64,000 nucleotides of DNA from Fimicolochytrium jonesii (Eukaryota), in assembly GCF_025526975.1 (NCBI RefSeq), contig NW_026515683.1:496001-560000 (forward strand). Reading direction: 5' to 3'. The position numbers and the translations under genes are program-made. Positions 50,821 through 64,000 of the stretch are shown here, piece by piece (position 1 is the stretch's first letter; each line of letters begins with the position of its first letter). Under the pieces are notes generated by a model. That model made no database searches. It had not been told where the DNA came from and worked only from the letters and a program-made list of their open reading frames with translations.

Positions 50821-53737
50821 GTTGGAAGGGGTATCGGTGGTAGTGGGGACGTCGGTGTGGGTAGCCGGTGACAGACGTGCCCTGTGCTGCTCCGAGTTGT
50901 GCTGTGTGGTTGGTTAATTGCCGCCCATGCGACCTCCCACGTCCCTTGTCCAGAATTGGTCCAGCCGAAGTGGGGAAGGGGAGAAGCGACGCGTGACTCT
51001 TGCTGTCGGAGCTGCCCCTCTTTCGCCTGCCCTTGTTTTTATATCTCTCGCAACGCTTTCCATCCTTACGGTCAGAACTTCACCAACAACCCTCACGGCA
51101 CACTCCCCCTCTCTATCTTTCCACCACAATGCATAGGATGATCCTCGCCACATGGATGACGAGCCGCAAAACACGACATGTCGGGATGAGCATAACGAAG
51201 CGACCTGGCGACGCGGTACACTATTTTTTACATTGAGAGCGATATGCGTATGGTCCGTCAATGGGAAAGATATACCTCTCTACTTGGCTCTCTCGAGGAC
51301 GTCAAGGTCTGGCATCAAGGACGAGGCAGGCGGGGGAGATAGACTCCTTCGTTTCCTATTTCCGGGCATCTGAAGAACGCAGTCGGTTGTCAGCAAATCG
51401 GGACCGGAGAACCCTAGCAAAATGCATGACTTTGAAAGTAGTCAAGGCCAATACAACTCCTGGAGGGATCAAGGAAGGAAGCGCTTTGAGTGACGACCCG
51501 AGCGATGATTGGTTCAGGCTTTGGTAACCGAGAATCCGACGGTGACCCGATATCTCGTAGCAAAGAGAAACGGCTGCGTTGAGCAAGTGGGAACGGAGTA
51601 CGTTTTTGCACACTACCTGAATATGAAGCGAGTCCGACTCTCAGCTCTGTGGGATACTCTCATGCTACGAGTGGAGATCCGAGACGATTCTGGGCCGCAA
51701 ACGAAAATATGGCACTGGAACATATCGCACATCACTATCATATGGTGATACCTGGACGGGGCTCGTCTATTGAACCGACACTAGCAACAATGCAGTAACA
51801 TCGCTGTGTGTCGTGTTGAGAACGGTCATGAGAGGTGATAACGGGTTTGGGGACGAGGTCGTCGCTCTCCTGGACCGATCGCTATCGCTGATTATTCATA
51901 TCTCGTGCTGCCAGAGGAAATACAGTCGTTACTGTTCGGGGGATCTGTGGATAGGCTGATAGAAGTGCCTCCGTCGCACTATTCGCAACGTCGATCGAGA
52001 TGGACGTCGCCAACGATGGCGACAATTCTAGATACCGAAAACGCCGGTACATTATTGCATCGGTACCGATGAGCATTCACAACATCACATCCGAGGCTTG
52101 CATACGCGCACTTGGTCGGTATTATTTAGACCGTCACCCTCTCCATGTCAAGCCCCGGGAGTTCGCGAGTGGTTCACCTACCCCAATCGACAAGAAGTGA
52201 ACATGGCCTGGTGGCAGAGGGCACTATGTCAACAATTCCTGCCTCACGAAGATGAAAGCCGACGAGACCCCGAACCGTCCCGTCCAACTCGACTATCGTG
52301 TGCCAGTGTTTTGTGTCGTGTAGCCGAAGAGCTCTTATGCATTCACATAACGAAGCATAGAAATTCTCCTAAACAACATCCTCCCCGCTAGAGATCAATA
52401 TGTTGAGATTCGGCCAGCGAACCTGGATTGGCTAGATGGAAGGCAAGGGTAGCTTCCAATTGGAGTATTTCATCACTCACACTCCCCTTCCAATTCCAGA
52501 CATCTGTCAGCTTTCATCGCTGCAGCCGTGGGATGCGAGTGAGGAGATACAGAACGTATTGCGACGCCATCCCGCCTGATCTCCCTCCGCGACCGGGCGT
52601 CTACCTCCCACCGTACGTGAATGTATCAGACGGGTGAAAACCAAAACGTTATACGACGCTCTGTTCGTTTGGGGATGGGGACGAGCAACACTATTATTGT
52701 CGCAGGATGTTGACGGCACTCGAGGAGTCGTGGGAACGAGATAAAATCCAATAATGATGCAGCCGGACTCTGTAATGCTAGACCTCCAATAAATTCGTTG
52801 AGGCTTCATATGGATGGCGGGTGGGATGTTTCGACATCTCAAACAAGCAAACCACTCTCCTGGCCTCTTAGCGCATGTAGTAGCATCGCACCCGCTAGTC
52901 TCTTGCTAGTTCTGGGTCGCCAGGTGGGAAGTTTGTCAACGCGTTATGCGGGAAATCACGGGGGCCCACGCGTCTGACGTAATCGGTGGGATTCTTGATT
53001 GATACGCTTGCGAGCCAAATGCTTAAAGGAAATGATTAGCGGCCGGGACATTCTGCGTGGTGTTGCCGCTAATCAAATATGTACGCCGCCAGCCAGCCAG
53101 CAAGCCATATCAGGACTCAGGAGTGCCGGATCAAAACGACAGTGTGCTGTATATAGTAGCGCAGAAACAGTGATATATATGCATGTCCAACCAGCCCTCA
53201 CCCGCTGTGGAGATAGGCCGCCAGAGTGGGAATGCGAGTGAGGTATAGCCGCCTGTCAAACGGAGCTGCTTCCTTGGCGTATACATATAGCGTGTTCCAG
53301 TTGAACGATGGCTTATGCTGGCTTTGAGTACCATAAGTTGAGGCGTGTGTGTTGCGCTCAGTTCTGGAGGCTCTGGTTGATGCATTGAGACTGACGTTAT
53401 TGCGCAAGTTATACTCCCCCCACGTTCCCGTTCCTCAGAAAGCCCTGCAACATCCCAGTCTGGAACCCGGCGAAGCCTGGTGGAATCCAAGCCAACCACC
53501 CTGTATCGCGAATAAGCTGGGGGCTTGCTGCCTTTTACCCTCCAGTGACGTTCTTTCGGATACCTGACAACGGTCCCAAGATCGTGGTGCTGCCATTTCG
53601 GCAAGCGGCATAACCCGTCGCCACACTCTACCCTTATCTCTGGTTACTTTTTGACGACCCCGCCATCTGCTTCCAAGGAAAGCTGGTCTCGTTCGTGACG
53701 TCGCTCAGGTGCAGGAGAGAGTCCCATCTCAAACTGG

Positions 53738-56700
53738 TTGCGTCCAATGAGCTATCAAGCTGGACACTTTGCGTCTCCTCAACACCTGGAACAGCGCTAC
53801 AGCACCAGCCGCATTCGGGATCAGCAGCAACTCCAACAGCAGCACCAGACATTGCAAACATCCTGGGCGCCTTCCTCTTCGCTGCCGTCTCCTCATAGGC
53901 GACCTGTGGATCGGACTTCAACCCTCTCAGCCACTGCCGGCACGGAGCCACACTTTTCGCTCAACAGGCTGAATCCTCTAGCCTACGATAGTGGCGAGAA
54001 GCCACATTACGCCAAAGCCACCGTCAGCAACAAGACCGGCAGTAGAGAAGACTTCACTGGGTGCCTGACCGCCAGCAGCTTGACACCGCACTCCCAGTAT
54101 CCGTCCCAGCTGGCCATTCCGAGCCCTCGTAGTAGCAGCTTCACGGACTCCAATCACGCGCCGTACTTCCTGTCACCCCATTCCCAGACACACCTCCCTC
54201 AACCAGACGGTGCGATCGCAGCTGCTGCCACTCGAAGGAAGTCGGTTATAGGCGCCGGGTCATTGCGCGGAGAGGCTACGAAAGCAGCATCGTTCGAGAA
54301 TTTCCCACTCGCTCGCCCAACCGGCCGATTGTCGACGCCACCATCTGTTTCCCACCAACCTTACCACCGTACGTCAGAGCAGTCCTTACCTTCGCCGCTC
54401 TACCCCGCTATATCCTCTTCCAACCTGTCAAACCGTACTGCAGCCGCCGCAGCCGAGTCGGACAGCGACCTACACACTGTCATGACGTCTCGGCCGAATT
54501 CCGGGGGCGCCACGACTTGGCGGGCGATAGCGATGGGGCAGTCGAGTGCGCCCGTAGGTGGCGGGCCGATTCCAACCTACCACAAACAGGGGAGCCGGCA
54601 GGATAATAGGTACTCTGGCGGAGGGCCACCTGGTTCAGCGAGATCGACACGGCCTGTATACCCAACCACCACGTCTGGTGCAATTCCATATACCCAGCAC
54701 CAGGAGCTAGCAGACCCATCGAACGCACGAACATATCACGGAAACCATCCGACTGATCAGTACTCCGCCGCACCACCGCAGCAGCGGTCAAGTCAGCCTT
54801 CACCCTATCACGCAAACCCGCAGTACGATCGAGCAGCAGCAGATTACGCCGCATCAAACAACCAAAATGCGAGAAATGTAGCTCGACCTCTCGGCGCTGG
54901 CGCCAACGGAAAGAGCTTCCTGCCCGTTCCAAATAGCCCGTCATCGCCCGCGGTGCAATCAGGCGATCGTCCAGCGTACAAGAAGCCCAATGGATCAGCT
55001 ACTAACATTCGTGAGGACACGCAAAGACCACTGGCGTCGGAAACGGGTAGAATGCTCTACGCACCTGTGAAAGATGCTGCGACGTGGGAAACAGATGGAA
55101 GTGCCACTTCGGGGCCGAATGCTCCTATCCAAAGACCGATTGCGACGGGGGGGCGGGCAGCGGACGATACCCTTTTACCTATGGCAGCCGCTCACGGGTC
55201 GACGAGAACAAATGTTGTCCATATGGTCGATGGGAACCCACAAGGAGAGTACGATTTGTCAAACAAACAGTCGTGGAACCAGAGGCAGGGTGAAGTCAAA
55301 GTGATGGGAGGACGAGCGCCAGATACTGGATCCTGGCGAGTATCTCTGACACAGAGCGGAATCGAGCTCCATCAGGGCCAGGGACAGAGGCAGGGACACG
55401 GGTACAAACCAAGCCAATACGAGCAGGACGATGGCCAACCGAAAGGACCCATGCAGAACTATCAGCAACACCCATCCTACCAACCGCAACAACCTCATCA
55501 ACAACAACACCAGCAACAGTTACCACAAATGAAGTCACAACCACCCACAACCTCTAACCAACGCTCATGGCAACGTCTCGCCTCCGTCGGCGGCACCGCG
55601 CCACCGAGCAACAAATACAACCGGCACTCCTACGCGAGCGGCTCCAATGCTGCCACTGGACCAGGACCCACGGCCAAATATTCTGTGAATGTGGACGATA
55701 AGCAGCGGCAGAAATCGGCGAAACCGGGTGGGAGACCTGTTGTTGGTGCGAATGCGAATAGTGGGGCGCCGGTGACAACTACCACGACCACCACCGGGTT
55801 GAAGGATCTGAAGTTGCCTTTGTCGCCTGAAGGTTTGTATATTACACGTCAGAATTCACTACTTTTGGGACACTCCCGCTAACTTTTTCCAATTCACAGC
55901 AACACTACAATACTACAAAGAACTCCTCACAACCTACGAGCAACGCGAGATCATGGAGTATCGCGAGATCTATTTCGCTGGTGCGGCGACCATTGCGAAG
56001 ATCGGGTGTTCTAAGAGAAGGACGGGAGCTGATATGGCGGATCAGTGCAATGTGCCTGGGGCGGGGACAAGTTCGAAGGAGGAGGGGGGTGGGGGTGGGA
56101 GTTTTAATCATGGTAAGACATTAAATCATTTGACTGAATGTTTGTGACAGGGTTCGGAGTATTTACGAGTATCACCACCGCAACAGGCTACGACGACTCC
56201 CGCGGCGACTACTACCTCACCAAACACGACCACATCAACTACCGCTACGAGATCCTCTCCCTCCTCGGCAAAGGCTCCTTCGGCCAAGTCGTCCGCTGCT
56301 ACGACCACAAAACAAAAGCCAACGTCGCTCTCAAGATCATCCGTAATAAGAAACGGTTCGAGCGACAAGGGGCGGTGGAAGTTAAGGTTCTGGAGAGGTT
56401 GAGGGAGGAGATTGGGAGGGGTGGGGGGGAGAGTACGGTGCAGATGGTGGAGAGTTTTGCCTTTAGGGGCCATCTCTGTGTTACTTTTGAGCTTCTGGGG
56501 ATTAATCTTTATGAGTGGTTGAAGGCGGGCGGGTTTAGGGGGGTGCATGTGGGGGTTATTAGGAGGTATGTGGTGAGAGAGGGGAGGACTGTTTCTGGCT
56601 GCTCGCTGGACTTTGTGACGGTTCCTGATTGTTTTTCATCCAAGGTTCACATTCCAAATGTTGAAATGCTTGGAGCTACTGTGTAGAGCCAGCATTGTTC

Positions 56701-58312
56701 ACTGCGATCTCAAGCCTGAGGTAAGAAAGGAACATCGCCCTCTCAAGGTATGATGACACAACCCACTAACTCCACCTCCACAATCGCCAGAACGTCCTCC
56801 TAAAAGACCCCTCAATAACCGAACCCAACCGCTCAGACGTCAACCCCCTCTCCGCCGCCATCGCATCATCGTCCCAGCCCCAGCCCTCCGCCCTCAGCGT
56901 GGACCCCGTCCCGACCGACTTTGATCCTAACCGCCCGGCTTATGATATCAAAGTGATTGATTTCGGGAGCAGCTGCTTTGAGGATGAGAAGGTGTATACG
57001 TATGTCCAGAGCAGGTTTTATCGGAGTCCTGAGGTTATACTTGGTGAGTTGCTGGATTTTTCAAACTGCCTCCTTTGAATTGGAACTCACACTACCTGGA
57101 TCGATGATAGGCCTCACATACAACACCGCAATCGACATCTGGTCCCTCGGCTGCATCCTTTGCGAGCTCTACACGGGCTACCCGCTCTTCCCCGGCGAGA
57201 ACGAAACCGAGCAACTCGCCTGCATCATGGAAGTCCTCGGCGCCCCCGACCTCGCCCTCGTCGACAGGGGTAACCGGCGTAAAGTCTTCTTTGAGCCCTC
57301 GGGTAACCCCAGATTGGTCACGAATTCAAAGGGGAGGAAACGAAGACCCGGCGCAAAGTGTTTGGAGCTGGTGTTGAAGGGGGCCGAGAGGGGATTTGTG
57401 GATTTTGTGGGGAGGTGTTTGGAGTGGGATCCGAAGAGGAGGATTACGCCCGCGGAGGCGTTACGGCATGAGTGGCTTGTGGGTGTTGGTGGCGGTGGGA
57501 ACGGTGTACCCCCATCGCAACAGTATACCGCACCCTACGCGCCACCATCAACGGACCAACCCCGCCGAAAAGCGCAGCAGCAACCGACTTCTGCAACCGC
57601 CGGCGGCCTCGCAGGCAACAACAACGGCATGGTCGTCGGAGCATCCAACACATCTTCCCGCAATACCGTCACCAGCGAAACCTCCATCGACTCTGGCAGT
57701 CTCTCCTCCTCGCAGCCCTCACGGTACGGAAGCTCGGCAGGCGCGTATCGACAACAACCGCAGTACAGACAACAAGCTACCGCATACACTACGTCTCAAC
57801 AGGCATCACCGCTCGCCCAGCAACTCCAACCTGCTGGTGGAAGCAGGGGCGCGACACCGGATTATCAACGGTCGCAGCAACAACAGCAGCAGTGGGCTTT
57901 GCAGCAACAACAACAACAACAACAACAACAGCAGCAATTGCAATCACGTAGTGGTGGAGGTGGAGGTGGAGGTACGGCCGTTACCGGATCCGCTACATGG
58001 ACACAGCCTGGACGCAAAGGATACGCATCAGGGTCAGGTATCAACCCCACCCTTCAATCACAGCAACAACAACAACAACAACAGAACCCGCCCCGTGGCG
58101 CGTCGGCGGGCGCTGCGAGGACGAGGGAGGGGAGTGCGGGGGTGCATTCCGCGCAACCGCAGTCACAAGGTCAGGCGTACATTGCCCCGCAGAGGTCGAC
58201 ACCGGGCGGCGCACAGGGGTTACCGCCGATTCAGAGGGAGGGGAATGGGAGCGGGAGTGGGGGGGAGAAGGGGAGGAAGAGATATGATAAGGTTTGTTGT
58301 TGGGGATTTTGA
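53738..58312 (+). CDS. DYRK-family dual-specificity kinase (Pom1/DYRK2-like) with long disordered termini
   Basis: DH box [72 protein letters not shown] and [12 protein letters not shown]. The start codon is uncertain. Confidence 0.92.
57875..57940 (+). repeat. CAA/CAG microsatellite encoding polyQ in the kinase tail (second tract at about 58059-58085)
   Basis: (CAA)n runs are visible directly. Confidence 0.9.
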
Positions 58313-59298
58313 GTGTGAGCGGCCCGGGGACCACCCCAAGATTGTTTTCGAATGGGCGGCCATACTGATCTGTTTTTTTTTTTTTTGGGATGTGCCCCTA
58401 GAAGTGGAAGGGATGATTTTCTGTGTCCTCGACGCAAAACCCCCCCGGCTGTCTCGAGCGTCCATTTGAGGAACACCACATGTTTATATGACTACCACCC
58501 TCCCAACGTTTTCCCCTCATTTTTTTCGGCTCCCCATGCCGCAAGCGCCCCCTCATTTCAGCATATCCCTTTTTCTTACGTACCCCGAACGAAACCACGC
58601 CTCTGTCATGAACACCCTCCCCACAACTCGCGGGGCCGCCCCGGTTACTTGTCGACATCAACGTTCGACGTCGGGATGCTATCTCTGGGAAGCGGATGGG
58701 GTGGTTTGCTTGCATCGGGGGAGGGAGAAGATGATGTCCTCATGTTAGTCAGCGGATGGGTACCTGGATGTGGGGGAGCTTGGTGTACATAACGCAGTGG
58801 GGAATGGAATTGGGCGGTGGAATGTCCGGAGTCATGTATGGTGCGGGATGTACTGGGGGGGACCCGACGAGTTTGGGTGCCGGCCGGATATCACAACAAC
58901 ATGCGGCCCCATCGGCGGATTTTCTTTCTGGGGATTCTTCACCCTTCTCCTCCTCCTTTTTGTTTATGATCTCATTTTGTGGGTCTTTTGGCCCCCCCCG
59001 CCCCTTGTACTGTTTTTTGCGAGGCTGGGAGAATCGAGACACTCGACTGTTGAATTGGAAAATATGGCTTTGGCGGAGTTTCGCTCGTGGGTGTGCTTCG
59101 CTGGTTGAAATAATACGCACCCGTGAAAACATGGCGATTTTCCGGGTCTACGGGTCTACACTACTACGTACGCCGCATGTGGTACACGTCTACTGTAATA
59201 ACAAATTTCCCCGTTCGGAGAGGGGGTGACGTGCCGCGAGTCTCCAAACGCCGCCGCCACTCTGTCGTCTGCCGGATCAGGGTCGGGTTTTTTTTCTC

Positions 59299-60056
59299 TC
59301 ATCGGACGTAATGGCCGTACTGCGTCCACATCCAGAATAGTGAGATCGCTGTAAGAGGGGGATCAGAAGAATTGAGTAAAGAAAAAGCAGAGAGCATCAA
59401 GAGGTTTTTGGGGGTGGACGTACGAGAGATGAGGAGGGCGGGCCATACACTGGGATTTTTCCGAGACGCAAGAGAATCGGGGTTAAATCAGGTTTGTTTC
59501 CGTTGATAGCGACCGAAAAGACGACATCTTTTTTTTTTCACCCACCCAGGACTGGAAACGGGCGCGGTCTTGTGCACAAACACCTCGGTCGTGAATGAGA
59601 AGAGGGCGAATGCGAACGTCCACATTGTCATTGCGTAAATGCTACGAGACGGGGGGGAATAAAAAAAAAGTCATCAGAGTGAGTGAGTGAGTGGGGGCAG
59701 ACATGATCGTATCAAACGCCGTCGGAATACGTACGCAGGGTCGGAGATATTATAGGCCGCGTAGACCCGCACGACGCCCGAGGTGAGCGTCCAGAGACCC
59801 ATCATGCGGGCCATCAGCGGTGTCGCTGGAAGGGAAATAATCAGGCCCCCCACTTGCACATTTCCACCATCCTCCGTCGCCTTTCCAGAATTGGAGTCGT
59901 TTTGGTCATACCCTGAACAGGCTGCAAACTATAGATCCTCCCCGTGACGCGCATCTTGGGCACAAAGCATTGCAGGCCGTTGTAGAAGGCGGCTGTGCCG
60001 ACCAGGAGGAGGAATTTGGGGAGGGTGCCTTCGGGGATCCAGGGTGAGAGGGACAT
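59299..60056 (-). CDS. ERG28: Ergosterol biosynthesis protein Erg28 (multi-exon)
   Basis: PEGTLPKFLLLV..NGLQCF, TPLMARMMGLWTLTSGVVRVYAAYNI, WTFAFALFSFTTEVFVHKTA and final ISLFWMWTQYGHYVR*. Confidence 0.9.
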
Positions 60057-60825
60057 TGTTGCGGAGGGGAGAGGGCCTGGTTTGGTGGTGGGACGTGGGA
60101 ATGGAGGTTGTGGGAGTGAGTGGGAACGTAAAATGGTATCTTGAAGTATGCAGCCGGCCTTGAGTACGTTACTTTATACTGCAAGTACCTGCCGCAAGCA
60201 AGCTCTTGCAAGGGATGCTTATGTTTGCCAGAGAGTGCGTGGGAGTTGCCAACGAGGTCAGGCGATGTCGGGGGTTCCCTTTTTCCCAGGAGCGGCAGGC
60301 GCTGTCTGTGTGTCTGTCTGTTCGCGTGGGAAGTCACCCACCGCCTCACGCGATGACCCCTTGGAGTCGACACAAACAGACCTCTTGAGACGGCTGTGAG
60401 ACGGCGAGCAGCGCAAAACAGGAGACACTGAGCATGGCCCTTGCAGATGATGTGTCCTCTTCCATGTTACGGGGTAGCGAGGTGCACGTAGCAAACACAC
60501 GGGTGGGAGGGGTCCTCTTGCCTCTCTCGGATCTCTCTCTCTCTTGTTCTCGCCGCCCAAAGAGTGGGGACCCCGTTGCCTGACTCCCCCCCTCTGCATA
60601 ACTTTACTTCCGCTGTTTTGGGGTGCTTCATCGGCGTTGCTCAGCTTGACCTGACTATCGGTGATCTCCCCACCTAAAGCTAGCATATATATAGCTCGAG
60701 CTGGACAGGTGCTTCCCCCGCTCCGCTCCCTCACTCGAACCATTCGTCCATTCGTCCACTCAAACTCGTTCCAACACACCCCCCCCCCCCCCCCCCCCCC
60801 CCCAGTCTCAACTTTTTTATCCGCC

Positions 60826-64000
<3,175 letters not shown>

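Noticed and set aside
60779..60803. Long poly-C and poly-G runs (also 6323-6344)
   Set aside because: These are simple homopolymers of unreliable length with no supportable function.

Overview
Intron-rich, GC-rich eukaryotic DNA. It is most consistent with a zoosporic (chytrid-like) fungus, given an RP2/XRP2 ciliary homologue and a Fanzor very similar to the Spizellomyces SpuFz1 as I recall it. Conserved genes: CWH43 3' end, METTL25B/RRNAD1, tRNA-Trp(CCA), a TilS-like gene, an ABC1/ADCK kinase, an Slt2-type MAPK, RP2, cofactor-independent PGM, an MFS transporter, a DYRK/Pom1 kinase, ERG28 and ABZ1. Two accessory regions interrupt them. (1) About 3.6-12.2 kb: a decayed Fanzor2/TnpB-like RuvC gene and a decayed DUF3435-like tyrosine recombinase, ending at an inverted partial duplicate of the tRNA-Trp locus. 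(2) About 34.5-53 kb: a five-intron Fanzor1 with an intact RuvC D-E-D triad, one nonsense codon and a structured candidate omegaRNA abutting the MFS start codon. Head-to-head with it is an intronless histone H3-fold gene with an acidic tail. The region also holds four paralogues of a small W-x-MPGAPG(Y/F)E family, a bacterial-like secreted FN3 protein, a laccase-like oxidase, an F-box fragment and a bacterial-like ABM monooxygenase. All family assignments come from motif recognition by eye, and exon boundaries are inferred from GT-AG signals and reading-frame continuity. No searches were run.
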